From NCBI GenBank assembly GCA_002189035.1, contig NEEC01000013.1, positions 2,728,001-2,792,000 on the forward strand: a DNA stretch of 64,000 nucleotides, in the 5' to 3' direction. Shown piece by piece: positions 1-14,295 of the stretch. Position 1 is the first letter of the stretch; every line of letters starts with the position of its first letter. The position numbers and the translations under genes are program-made. Source of the stretch: Utricularia gibba. Lineage: Eukaryota > Plantae > Magnoliophyta. A model generated the notes under the pieces. The model had not been told where the DNA came from and ran no database searches. It worked only from the letters and a program-made list of their open reading frames with translations.

Positions 1-3
1 AAG

Positions 4-1213
4 GTGTATAGAAGTTGGTGTCTACACAGTATGTATCTAGATTCATTTTTCCTTTTCTGCGGTCCTTTTCCTGGATGTTTATTTCGTCGAGTCTTCTCTA
101 CAGTCATTTTCCTATCCTGTCAGGAAATAGTTTTCTGATTCTTTAGAAGTTGTTTGGTTCCCTTTCAGGGTTATTCATCTTTGGCAGTTGCTTCAGTTCT
201 TCCAGAAGGAGGGCTCCTGGTGGCATGTGAGAAAGATGCGAAGTCAATGGAAATTGCACAAAAATATTATCAACTTGCGGGTGTTTCTACTAAGGTACAT
301 TTTCATACCACCACCCTGACGGAATCATGAGACTGGTGTGTTTGAAGAACAATGTATCTGCTTGATCTGAGGATCTCAAGTTTAATTCTCGAGTTCATCT
401 CATACCCTCATACAGAATGTCACTCTATTATCCATTGGAATTTAGGTTGATATCAGACTTGGACCAGCTGCTGAAACCTTGCAGTCCATGATTCATAATG
501 GTGAAGCGAGCAGGTATTTTATTTCATTCGACACCCTACAGTTTCAAGTGTGTAACTTCTAAGCGCGTGCAAGCTTTGAATGCCATGCTTCTTGTTATGG
601 ATCCTCAAAGAGGAATTAATCACGTAGGTTCTTCATTTCTTTCTGTAGCTATGATTTTGCGTTTGTGGACGCGGATAAGAGAATGTATCTAGAGTATTTC
701 GAGTCGCTGCTGCAACTGGTTAGAAGAGCATGCTCCTCCCCACCCTCATTTTTGCACCAACTATCCATGCATTTTTTCCGCAATGAGCTTGTTCTTTACA
801 CCACCGTGTGGGATGAAACTGTTGTAGATTGCACTTTGTGTCTGACATTCACAGCCATCCATGACAAGGAACCTGTTTTACTTATACTTAGTGCTGCAGG
901 TTAGAGCTGGAGGCGTTATAGTTTTCGACAATGTGCTCTGGCACGGAAGAACAGCCAATCCCCTGGTACAACCTCTGCATCAAACCATCCACTTCAACAG
1001 CAGCCTGATGCTGTTAACTATGCAGGTAAACGACCCAAAGACTGCTAGCATCAGGAAGTTCAACGAAACTCTAATGGCGGACGAGCGTGTAAGCATAAGC
1101 ATGGTATGCCTCATCTCGATTGTTGGTTTAGCTTCGAGTTTTTTTCCATCTCAAACTTAGCTCCCATTTAGGTTCCCATTGGTGATGGCATGACCATATG
1201 TTGGAAGCGATAG
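4..1213 (+). CDS. SAM-dependent O-methyltransferase, CCoAOMT-like (Methyltransf_3 family); 5' end lies outside the window
   Basis: Spliced exons read CIEVGVYT|GYSSLAVASVLPEGGLLVACEKD...|VDIRLGPAAETL...|YDFAFVDADKRMY...|VRAGGVIVFDNVLWHGRTA..|VNDPKTASIRKFNETLMADERVSISM|VPIGDGMTICWKR*, with GT-AG introns and stop TAG 1211-1213. Confidence 0.92.
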
Positions 1214-2687
1214 CCTTGTTGAATCGTTAGTAGCCAGCCATGTTGGAAGCCAGAATAGGGTCCAAAGTATAATATCCTATCACATGCTGTGATCTTGAAC
1301 CAAACTCTACAGATCTTGGCTAAGTTGTCAAGATTTCAGTTTTTTTCATGACATCAACTGCGTAGAGAGAGGTGAACTTTGGGAATTCACATCGTTTCGG
1401 TTCGATCAACTGGCGTCTGAGAAGAAGAGAAGCAGAGCATCACCTGGTGCTGTATGCAAACCAGACAGACCATCCTTGAATTTTTGTTTGGTGTTTAGTT
1501 CCAGATGCTGGTAGTTCAGGAACCTCTGTGCGGTTTGTTTATAATTATAATTAAAAAATTATTAAAAATTATTTGTAAAAATGATTCGCATTTTCGATTT
1601 TTTAAACATTTTCATTTGATTTATAATTTTGGTTTACGTAAAGGTCCCCTGCATGCACATACATAGGATAACTACTCTCCATATGCGGTACGGCAAAACT
1701 AGAAGGACGGCAACGCTTTAACTCAAAGCAGTTTCTCAACTTCTCCCCCCAGATGCTCTCCTCGCGTCTGCATTAGACGCATCATTCTCTCCGCTGGCGG
1801 ATCTCTGCGACGCAGAGAATTTCCGCCGATGTCCAGGAAGACAAGGATAGAGGTGATGGGATGGCGGCGGAAATTGGGACGCCGTCTCCAACGGCGGATT
1901 CAGGAACGCAGAGAATCGTGGGTTCTCTTTTGCTTTACTTCCCTCTTCATCTGTGTTCTCAACACGATCGATGCTTTGAATGCTTCCGATGATGGATTTC
2001 TGTCCACAGCAGAATCTGTTCTGCTAATTAGGAGTTTCACCACAAGATCTGAAATGACCAACCTAAAGGCAGTGGTCAGGTCTTCACTCTTTTTATTGGA
2101 AAAAGAATGAGTATTTTGAAATCAAATTCCACCATACATGCTGACCATCAGATCATGGTGTATGCTTGTGGTGATGAAGGGTAGCCAGCCTTCTGAAGGT
2201 CAACGGTGGACACGAGGCATGAGAATGCGGCTGCTATGCGAGAATGTCTGAATAATGTGGCAACCAGCAGAGTTACACAGTTGCTGCTTCTGCAGAGTTG
2301 GAGGTAGTATTCATCTTGCTGCTGACTGATATCCTAAATATGCATAGCAAAACCGCGGAGTTGGATACATGGTTTAGGGTTGAGAAAGAATCAAAGCTGA
2401 TGACTGTCACAGTAGAGCAAGGAATAAGAAGGCAAACCTTTTATAACCAGTTCCGTGTTGAGATTTGGTGATGCCAGTACTTTATGCTCATGTGAAGCAA
2501 GTGTGCAGGTGCAGGCAGTACTACTCCGTTCCTGCAAAGATGTAAAGAATTTACAAGAGAAGAAAAATAAAATAAGAAAATTTTTGGGGAATCGGCTACC
2601 ATATAACACTGCAACTGCAGTGTTCAGGGTACTGTCTTCAAGTCATCTCGGTGTTCTCTGATTGATTTTGGGAACCAAATACAGGCT

Positions 2688-3893
2688 CTATGTCTCAGAG
2701 CTGTGAAAACACGTTTTTTCCAGCAACATTGGCCAGGCTTCACCAAGTTTTTGTGGATTCAGCTCCATGGCTAGTTGCAGCTCACGGAAAGAGATTAGAC
2801 GTTGTGACCTCGGGTCTTGTATATCTGAAGAAGGTTCCCTGCTGCTCTGAAACTGACCAGAATGGCCTGCTTTGAAGCCATTCATTTGCATCATGCTGCT
2901 CTGGCTCTTGAGTATACTAGTCGTTGAGAGTTGATTGCAGGACTTGATTAATCCTTTCATGAAGGAGTCTAAACAATGGTTTATGAGGTTGGCCGAATCC
3001 AGAGACACCCCCTCAAGGCCATTAGCCACTGCAATTTCGTCCAATCTTTCCTTCAACTCAACACTGTCCAGCAAAGCACCATTAATTTGGCATCTACAAT
3101 GATGTGCTAGAGGGAGAGCTCTTTGTCCTCTGCTGATTCTAAACTGGAATAGTGGATCCCAACAAGGACCCCATGATGGATTTCTAGAAGAACCCTTTTC
3201 TGTAACTAAGAGCTCCGGTCCATCAGGAATATCAGATGATCTCCACACAATTGGAATTTCACCAGCAACGGAATTCAAGGTTTCCAATTTTTGGTCCACA
3301 TGATGCATAACTACATGATCAGGCTGCACGGCAACAGGTGGATTCAGATCACTCCCTGATTCCATGTTGAAATCACTTGGCTGAACGGAAGTTGTTTTCT
3401 CAGGGAAAAGACTGATCTTTCCATCAGGCCCAAGAGCATTCCCATTTCTCTGGTCATGGCTGCGATTTCGGGTCTTTTGAGGCGATTTTGGGAGCTCATC
3501 AATTCCATTTGACAAGGTTGGTGAACCAGAAGCCTGGACCACACCAGCATGGGCCAACCTCTGCTGGTAACCATCAGCCGACACATGCTTTCCAACTGCA
3601 TGCTTTCTATGGTTGAAGACGCCATCCTTCTGGATGGATGATGCAGGTGCTGGTGTTTTTGCACAGCATGCATGCTTCAGTATCGAGCGAATAAGCTGAT
3701 TGTGAAGCAAAACATTGTCACGCCCAAGAATTCTAAGGCAAACCTTATTGAATTCAATCTTGCTCAGTTTTAAGCTTAAGAACTTATTCAAGTAAAAGAT
3801 GTACTGCTTATATCGATCAGGCCCCAGTTTCTTGACTAACTGAGCTTTCAACTCCACAAGATTTATCTGCAAATCGTAACGTTGCGCTTGCAT
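2688..3893 (-). CDS. ADA1: SAGA complex Tad1/ADA1-domain transcriptional coactivator, single coding exon, 401 aa
   Basis: N-terminus INLVELKAQLVKKLGPDR...YLNKFLSLKLSKIEFNKVCLRILGRDNVLLHNQLIRSIL and C-terminal ANGLEGVSLDSANLINHCLDSFMKGLIKS...LAMELNPQKLGEAWPMLLEK match the plant SAGA-Tad1 family. Confidence 0.88.
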   Translation of the reverse strand: MQAQRYDLQINLVELKAQLVKKLGPDRYKQYIFYLNKFLSLKLSKIEFNKVCLRILGRDNVLLHNQLIRSILKHACCAKTPAPASSIQKDGVFNHRKHAVGKHVSADGYQQRLAHAGVVQASGSPTLSNGIDELPKSPQKTRNRSHDQRNGNALGPDGKISLFPEKTTSVQPSDFNMESGSDLNPPVAVQPDHVVMHHVDQKLETLNSVAGEIPIVWRSSDIPDGPELLVTEKGSSRNPSWGPCWDPLFQFRISRGQRALPLAHHCRCQINGALLDSVELKERLDEIAVANGLEGVSLDSANLINHCLDSFMKGLIKSCNQLSTTSILKSQSSMMQMNGFKAGHSGQFQSSREPSSDIQDPRSQRLISFRELQLAMELNPQKLGEAWPMLLEKTCFHSSET

Positions 3894-5244
3894 CGTCTTC
3901 CCTTCACACTAGCAATCCACACATAAGTAACCTATTGCCACAACCATGAGGGAAATTGCATCTAAATCAGGTTCCATTCATTTAAAGAACATCCCTCATC
4001 CCCTCTCATGCCTTAAACATCTGACTTTGGAAAAGAAGCTACATGATTTCAATTGGATTTTTGTCCAAGCTAAAAGAAGAAAAATTAGGAACATTTCAAC
4101 TGCCTTTTCTCATAATTACAAGCAGAATCTAGTTAGTAAACCAATGATCAACAACCAGCAGAGAAAAGCCCACTCATGGATATCTCAAACATTGAGGCCA
4201 AGAGATTCTACTGAAATACGTAACGGAAACCCCTTTTAAGTGAGAAGCTAGACGATCGTTTCAAAAAGGTTTTCAGCGAAGTTTAAAATGTACTTCAGAA
4301 TGAAGTAGAAAAAGAAAGTGTTTCTTTGAAGTTCAAAGCTACTGTCTCGTAATCACCACCAATAACCAATCCACCCTCCGAATACAGTCCACTGCAAGAG
4401 ATATTATCATACACAAGAGTTCACAGCTAGAGATCCCAAAATGTCAGGCCAAACGTTTATCCTCCTATGCTCCAACTTCGGGGGAAAGTAGAATTACATA
4501 ACCCAACCACCCTTTTACCTCAAAAATCACTTAAGAAATACATACAATTTTTCTATGCATGTTCAGAATAACTTGGGGATAACAACAAATCAAAACATGC
4601 CAACTTCAAGCAAAATAAATAGCTATGGAAAAATTTGAAGATGCTGGTTCACCTTCTTATAGCACCACAAGTATAATTCAGCTGGAAATCCCGGAGTAGC
4701 AGGTCTCCAAGCATCGATCGAGCTCGCTTCGTCAGCTCAAGATCACTCCGCTCGCGCCCATGAATATTCTCAACCAATACGAGCAATTCCCACATGCATT
4801 CTCTACAACATGCTTCCAAATTGCCTTCAAACAACAAAGTCAATCACAAAACTAAAAACCCCTTTTACCATCTGCGCTCGCTGATCGCTCTACCTCTCTA
4901 CGAACTTCCCTCTCTCTCTCTCTCCGCTTCTAAAGAAATGAAATAAAAAACAAAGACTTTTTCGTAAATTAACCAGAATGTACAACTCATGATGCGAATG
5001 GTACCATCTTTAACATTCGGCTTCCAAAAAAACGGTTTCCATCGCGTGTATTTCATCCCTTCCCCATTGGTTACATTATATGACATTATATTGTTTTTAA
5101 ATGATAAAAAAATCGTAAAATATTTAAATGTTTGTAATTTAAAACAGTGATGGTACAGCAATTGCATACAATGTCACCTCTTTTGGTTTCATTTAATCTC
5201 AATCAGTTTTCGTTGGTGCACTGATATATGTACAGCAATTGCAT

Positions 5245-7931
5245 TCATTGCAAAGGCCTGAGTCCGTGTCTGAGTGCAGCTTCCCAGACAAGATCGATTT
5301 GATCCACGTCTACGGCTCCCACCTCGTGGTGCTCCCATCCTTGAAGAAAATGGACCAGGCCCCCGGCATGGCAGGCATGCACCACTCCTCTCCCCAGCAT
5401 GTACTGCTCCTCCTCGTCATCACCATCACCGTCACCACACAGTCACAGTAGTCTAGTGAAAACAGCAGGAGGAGGAGGAGAAGTTGGGAGTACCTCACAG
5501 GAGCCGAGCCCCTGGACATCATCCGGCAGCCTCATGGCGGCGAGCTTCCCGTAAGTGCAGTCGCGTCGAAAGGGGATCACCGGAGGAACGACAAACTGGT
5601 GGAAGTGTGTTCCTGATGGGGCTGAGTATTGCTCCTGTGGGGTTGCCCATTTTCCCAGGATCCATGTCTGAGGCAGGCAGCAGCACAAAAACAATAATCA
5701 TTTGCTGATACCTTTTCATTTTGTTATGGTGTTCTCTACCTTGCAGTTTTTGGCAGCTTGATACTTGGTAACTTGGGATAGATACTTCTGGCACTCGGGA
5801 GCTGCTTCGCTCTGAACTTTGGAGAACCTCTCTGCTGACTGTGTGAGCATCTGCATTCACAGACACCGCTAGTCAGCACCTCCGATCCCAGAGCGGGGTT
5901 GCAGAGTGGTAGAAACGCGAGGAAACCAGTTCAAGGGGTGCGGTCCTTGCTCACCAATACTTTAACTTTCCGACGACAGAGATACAGAGCGATCGCCCTC
6001 CCTAGCTTTGATGTCGCCCCCGTCAAGAAAACCTCATCGACTTCTTCAGGAATGCTCTTCAGGATCACAGCGGCTGTCAGTGTGTTTCCATGGCATACCC
6101 GCACTTTGATGTCTGGATGCTTGTTGATGAAGAGCGTGCCACCTCCATTCAGGGCTTCATTCTGCAAGCGGAATCACTACCAGACAGTTTGGATTCGACA
6201 ACTCTGACAGACATCCCTGAGAGTGGCAACTAATGTTACCTTGTTAAGTGCAGCAAGGCTGATGACCTTGACTCCAAGCTTGTCTGCCCTTAGGATTGCA
6301 TACTCTATTTGTTTGTTGATCCCCTTTTTAGCAAACGGCAAGAAGTACTGCAAACATGAAACTACAGTCTGTCAGGTGAATCTGGTTCCATTTGTCCACA
6401 TATAAAACGGTTGGTTACCTGGAAACTGTATCTAGGTACAACCCATGTTTGGAGCAACTTTCCTCGGAGATGGTAAAAGGAAAACAAGAATGTCTTGGAC
6501 TTGAGCCACATCAAGAGCATGGCCACATATGAACTAGGCAATAGTGCGATCAGGTGGAGTCTGGTAGTAAAGGGTATTGAGCTGAACGATCGGAACACGA
6601 ACGGAGCATGTGCAGACGAAACAACATCAACAACATGAGCTAAAAACACGAAATCCGGCACTTGGCTAGCTGCATACAAGCCCAGGTATCTGAAGAGAAT
6701 GAATGATGTGCAGTAAAAACAAGAGTTTCCTCCAGCTTACGAGAGAACTCACTTCTTCTTGAGGTTATTTCCCGCTGAAGCTCCCAGGAACTCGCATTTT
6801 GGGTGTGCCAGAGCTCATCAAACAACGGCATGAAGAGACAGAAGTTCGTCTCCATATTCGAATGGTGAAGGCTGTGGTATCTGCAACCTCAGAAACACAA
6901 GAACATAATTTCCATTCTAAGGAAGGACTCATCAGCATATGCATAATTGAGATAAGAATCGTTACGTTGGTGTGCGTATGAGATACTTCAGCATCGGAAG
7001 AGCATGAAATATCCAATCAGGGAAAATTTCAACGTTCGAGTACCCCAAACACTGAAGAAAATCGAAGGCCAAAAGATATCCATACATCAAGCTTATTGAT
7101 CCATATCCAATGGCAGCGGTCCCCAGGGTTGGGATACCAATAACAACACAGAGTAACAGATGCTCAAAGAAGCTCAGATGCTCAGCTGCACCAAGAAATT
7201 GTAAGAGAATTCAAAACCCAAAATGAATGTAAAAATCACTTTTCAACAATCTCTTTACCTGTGAAAGGATGGAGAACATCAGAGCAATGATGGAGCCAAT
7301 GATACTTATGGAACAAATCACGAGTATGTAACAGTCTGTGCATCCAATAGTAAAGAGGCTCTGATATTGTTGCATGGAGCATGAAGCAGCAGATATATCC
7401 CCTCAAATCCCATAATGGAAGATTAGCCAAAGAAGGAAAACTCAAATACAGGAAGGAAGCAACACCAATTTGAAGAATGAAGAAATTATCCCTGCCCAAT
7501 ACAAAGCACATCAAGAAACAGAAAGTCACAATCACTGGAAATTTTTTTTAAAAAGTGTTCATTACCAATGCCATTCCGAGTCAATTTGAGTATACCCCAT
7601 ACCGCGACCATCCACTCTTCGCGTACGATTGAGGAAATACATACAAGAGTAGGAGCTCCAAAGCTGATGAATAAGTGCTCTGAGGCAAAGAAGTATGAGA
7701 ATATGCGAGCACCAAGTTTCATCTTCCTTGCAGTACTTCTCCCGAATCACTTTTACAATCAATGGTGAATACAGAAAATACTGCTCAAAACCGAAAAGTG
7801 ATCAAAGCAGTCAGATACTTGGAGAAAAGCCCACAACATAAAAAGCCAAAAGGGTTTACCTTGGAATTGCCCAAATTCTCCCATGGCCAAGAAAAAAAAG
7901 GAGCTTTACCATAACTTCCCCCATTGTCCAT
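5245..7931 (-). CDS. CER3: ECERIFERUM3/WAX2 very-long-chain alkane/aldehyde-forming enzyme, multi-exon
   Basis: Start [24 protein letters not shown]; His boxes [16 protein letters not shown] and YHSLHH; WAX2 C-domain [11 protein letters not shown]...[19 protein letters not shown]; end [11 protein letters not shown]...[29 protein letters not shown] (TGA 5247-5245). Confidence 0.95.
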
Positions 7932-8060
7932 ATTTCCCGTTCCTCTTCTTCTTTCTCTCCCCCACCCCCTTATGAAGAATATCTAAACTTCATCATCGCT
8001 ATCCTGGAGATTCTTTGAGGTGGGTGGGAACTGGAGAGCATTGAAGAAGATGACAGACTC

Positions 8061-8070
8061 TTTTATATAA
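8061..8070 (-). promoter_or_regulatory. Probable TATA box of CER3
   Basis: TTATATAAAA on the minus strand about 130 bp upstream of the CER3 ATG. Confidence 0.5.
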
Positions 8071-8692
8071 ACAAAAAAAACAGTTGGATGTTGATAGTTA
8101 ATGAGCACTAATTGATTATGTTGGTAAGATCACAGTTTCCAGTTGACATTTGGATCTGTGTTCCAAACTCCTCAACTTTCTTTGAAACTGCTTTTATTAT
8201 CGTATCCTGATTTCCTTTCCTTTTTACCAACTCTGGGAGACGATGAACGAACAAGGTACCCCAGCCCCTTCTCCCTCCTCAGTAGAAGCTTTCCCATTTT
8301 TGCGGGAAATCTTTTCCGGACGATAATTTAACACTATTTGAAACTATACATTTTATAATAACGAATCCAAATGAAAAAAAAAAAACAAAAGCTTTTTTTA
8401 AAATCTTAAAACCAGAAGCACAATACATTAGATGTTCGATTGCTCGTAATCCAAAGAGAACCGAACGCCCATTCTTCCTCAAGAACAGCAAACTTTTTAA
8501 CCCTCTTTTTAGATCGATGACCTATGGCCCAAAAGTGTATTGCATGGATGACGTATAGATGTCAAAAAAACTGATTTCTGAGTGTTATAGACAAGGAACC
8601 AGGCTCATATAGGGGATAAAATCATCACAAGAGTTTTGATGAAGATGTGAAGAATACCTGCCGGATGAGTTAAGGCGATCATTATATGCCGA

Positions 8693-10468
8693 TCAAGAGC
8701 AAATGACATAGCAGAGGTCTTCAATTCGTGCGTGTGAAATATTGACATAAGGCAGAAGCAAAAACCTTCCAGTCTCTAGGCATGTCAGAGTTGACTCGTA
8801 CGAGCTACTTATCATCGCCTGCATAAACCAGACAAACGAAAATGAGCTGCTTTCGTGTCCAGTTCAGAGGTGCGTTCCCGGAAATCTAAAATGAGAAAAC
8901 TAGACGTGTAAGTTCTGTGGAAATAATGGAGTTCTTAGTACTGTTCACAAACATCCTCTGTTAGGGAAACCGAAAACAAAAGGCTTTGTTTAAAGTTTTG
9001 ATTTCAGTGAAAACCAGTTTGACTCCAAAAACTTCAATGGTGTCCAGAATAATGTCACAGAGAAGCTTGATTGTTACCTCGCAAGTCATTGTTTTATCAC
9101 TACAGCTCCACCATTTGAAGGGAATACAGTCTATATACTTGCACCAGCTGCAGGATTTGGTGAGATTAATGCTACGAAGTATGGCGAGTGATGAACCTGC
9201 AAGTCTGCAAAGGGACATCGATTAATGCTTGATGCATGCAAACTCGGTTAAAAGGAATTCCATGGACTTACATAAGACTGAAGATTAATAGAGAAACACT
9301 TCTTGTAATAGGTTTGTCCAAATCGAACTTCAGAGACATCTTCATTGTGTTTTTGTTGGAATTCTTGGCATTGTATTCGAAGATGCCTACTTTGTTCTGG
9401 TAAACCTTCCTGACCTGGGGTTTAAGCAATAGTGCCGAACTGACAAGAAGTCCGGATAAAAAGCCACCGAAGTTGGAAAAGTTGTTTATAAACGGCATCA
9501 GTCCAATGCCAACATGGACTACCGAAATAACCAGGAAGGCAAAAAGGGTTGCAAGCTACAATACAAAAATGGAGGAAAGCTCAGCATTGTTTCCTCGCAT
9601 TTCAGCCCTGAAATAAGATAAATGGAAGGTGGTGAGACCTTTCTGGTGTAAACCTTGTGATTCTGAATAAGCCCTGAAACCGCAGCACCGATCAATCCGA
9701 AAAGTGCACCCGATGACGCCACTGAAGGCCTGTCGTGAAGAAACAGCGTAGCAAACAAACTTCCAGTAAGAGCTGAAAGAATGTAGATGACCCCAATCCG
9801 CACTGCCGATTCACAAAACAGAGAGTTACTAGAAAAAACAAAAAAAAAACCTTGTACAACAATACATACGAAAAAAGCAAGAATTGAAGGCTCACTTGGC
9901 CCAAACTCTTGCTCCAACTGAATCCCCACTAAAATCACACAAGAGAGATTAATAAAAAGATGTATAAGCCCAGCGTGCAAGAGAGGGCTTGCAAATAGAC
10001 GCCATACTTGCCGATTCTGTTCGAAGTAACGCAGACGAAGAGAACCCATGCGATCAAGCCTGAATCAGAGATACAATAAGCATCTAAATCCGTCACACAA
10101 TTCAAATCAGAAGCGACTACTCAGAGACACACATACGCGGAAGCAGATGGGCCAAGAAACGGGTTCTCAGCCAGCGGCTGAAAGGACAAACGCCCTAGCT
10201 GATTGAAAACGCATTCACCGTGAGATTTCGTCCAGCAATCGTTGACGAGCATCGTGGCAAAAAAGGCAATCAAATGGAAAATGACGATCAAAGAAATGAA
10301 CCACGTGCTTTCTTTCCTCTGCGGAAGACGCCGGAAAAAAGGGAAAGGGACTCTCTGCGCTCTGCGAAGCTCCTCCGGCGTGAGTTCCGTCGATACCCTC
10401 GGCTGAAAGAGCCCTAGCGACTTGATATCGATCTGCGTTTGGAGCTTGGGGCTCCCCGCTTCCGCCAT
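8693..10468 (-). CDS. KOM: Rhomboid-like protein, KOMPEITO/RBL8-like, predicted catalytically inactive
   Basis: LGRLSFQPLAENPFLGPSAS, QVWRLFASPLLHAGLIHL, GIQLEQEFGP, SVASSGALFG, MPFINNFSNFGGFLSG (Asn at the catalytic His position), Cys-rich tail CSWCKYIDCIP...EDLCYVICS*. Confidence 0.85.
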
Positions 10469-11045
10469 AGGAGCTCCAAATCAGCGGTTTTCTGAACTCG
10501 ATAACCCCCACGCTCTCGCCGTTCACCGCAATTTATATAATACATCCTGATACAGGGGGCGGGAACTGCCGAAATCTCATAGTTTTTATCAATATAAAAC
10601 TAAACTATTTTAATTAAAAAAAACTGCTATTCTTTTTAGTTATAAAATTGCCTTGTAAAAAAGCAAGTGAAATTCACTTCAACTGCTACTGTTCTATACA
10701 CTATACAGCTATTTTAGAAATATTGGCCACCATTTTTCTTAGTTATGCAAAATGAAAATAGGAATTCATTCAATCAAATCCCTAGGTAACCAACCACTGG
10801 GATGTGGGATGAATGATCGTGGTTGCCATGGGAATGGGAGAGACATTCCCGGGGCGGTGTCCCCAGCGATGGGACTCGTCCATTCGGAGACACGGACACG
10901 AGTGGGCCCCACGGGGTGGGATATTACTGTTTGTTCTCACCTCCACCCTAGAAAGTCAACAACCACCTACCGCGGAAACCATAGGAAGGTTCTTAAGAGC
11001 TAAGGAGTAACGGTAACAACAGGGATTTAGGAGTAAGAGACGCAA

Positions 11046-12601
<1,556 letters not shown>

Positions 12602-12757
12602 TCAAAGATATCAAAAATGAGAAAACTCGTAGAATAATCACAGCAGTTGGCTGATGAATCGTGACCGATGGCAGTTGTTGGGCGTACGCCGGCGAAAGGC
12701 GGTGGTCCACGTCCGCTGCTCTTAATAAGCATGTGAACCCATCGTCTTCGGTGGCGA

Positions 12758-13448
12758 TTTATAGCACCCATCTTCTAACGCTCACCTACCGCACGCAGTT
12801 TTTAGAACATGCTCGATCATCACCCCCATCAATTATCCTATTCCCAATAATTTAATAACACACCACGAAAATTCACCAATTTAATTCAATTCATGGATCC
12901 TAAAAAACAGGGGAATTCAGCATTTGACTCTATGAAAAATAATTTTCAATAAACTTTTTCAACATATAACCATCAAGGGTCCCACTCAATTCATGATAGG
13001 CAACCTAATGGGTAAAGTGTAAGCAATGAAATGGTGGTAGGTTAAAACAAAGTGGGCATGTAACAGAGGAAATTGCATGTAGTTTAATCCATGCTTTGGT
13101 GTTAGTTGAGGAGTTGGTGAGATGTTGACTGGGGACATTATTTTGGTGTCAATGAAACCTAGAGATAATGAAGAACATGTGGTGTGAGCGATGATAAAAC
13201 AAAGATTGTTAAGGTGCAGTTGAGGGGATTACAATAAAAAAAAAAATGTACGAATAAAAATAATGCAAATGAATTAATTTCAAAATTAAGATATGGATTC
13301 CATACCTTTCTACAAATAATTAAAAATCATGAATTATTTTTGGACACGGTCCGGTCCGGCCAGCAAAACGGACACTGAAACGACACTGTGACGACACGGT
13401 TCACAAGTTTGAGTGGGAGTTTGGTGAGACTGTGACGACGGGGTTGGT
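12758..13448. promoter_or_regulatory. HCT promoter with TATA box and AC elements (R2R3-MYB sites of lignin-pathway genes)
   Basis: TATAAAT on minus at 12758-12764; ACCTACC at 12784-12790 (+) and 13036-13042 (-); ACCAACC at 13442-13448 (-). Confidence 0.6.
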
Positions 13449-14295
13449 GGTGACGCAGATCCCGATTCACGGTTGGCGTGCGACACCCATGTTGTGTTTC
13501 CGGTCTATTTAGGGTAAGAATCACAGATTCCTCTGTCTCTGTGATGCTTGGTTTCTACTTTTCCTTTCAACAATTATATGCGCGACCATGAATATTAACA
13601 AAATCGATTAGTATTGAAGATCATGTGTTGATTTGATAAATAAAGACTAGAATAAAAAATGTGTTGGATGATTCTAGGCTTTTAAATAAATCATGATTGA
13701 ATACGCATACACATCGAATATCCATTTATTTGAACAAATCAATAAGAAGGTTGCGAGATAAAGAATTATTTGAAAAAATGGTGAAGTTAAAAAATCATAA
13801 TTATAAATTTTTTAATATGATATTAAAAAGGATAAAATTATCTTAATATGCGATATTTCATTCCCATCCCTCTTTTTTGTCTATTTATTTTCTCAAATTT
13901 TAAATATTTATAATCTCAAATTTCTAATTACTGTTTTATAAATCCCTTAAAAAGAACACTGAAATAAGACTTTTTAATAATCATATTTCATAAAAAAATT
14001 GATGTAAAAATGGGTTGGTTTATTTTTGTGTATTTGTTTTCTTAATTTCAATGGCAAGAGATATAAAAGTGGGTTGGTAACTTGATCTAAAATAAAACAC
14101 AAGTGAGCCCACTCAGGATAAGCCCAGCACGTGGTTGCAGCATGGAACATTCCACAGCCCACGTGCAGCTCCGATGGGGCAGGATCTGAAGGGGCTCTGG
14201 AAAGGAAGAGAGGAACTGCTCAAGGCAAACAGCACAACACAGCGGTTACTCGACGGGCAGAGCGTCTCCAGGGAGACTTGGAGATTCGAAAAGCT

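Noticed and set aside
10800-10810. Second USE-like match (10 of 11)
   Set aside because: Mismatch at the conserved terminal G, and no TATA or snRNA at the required spacing; it lies in the HCT 3' / KOM promoter gap.
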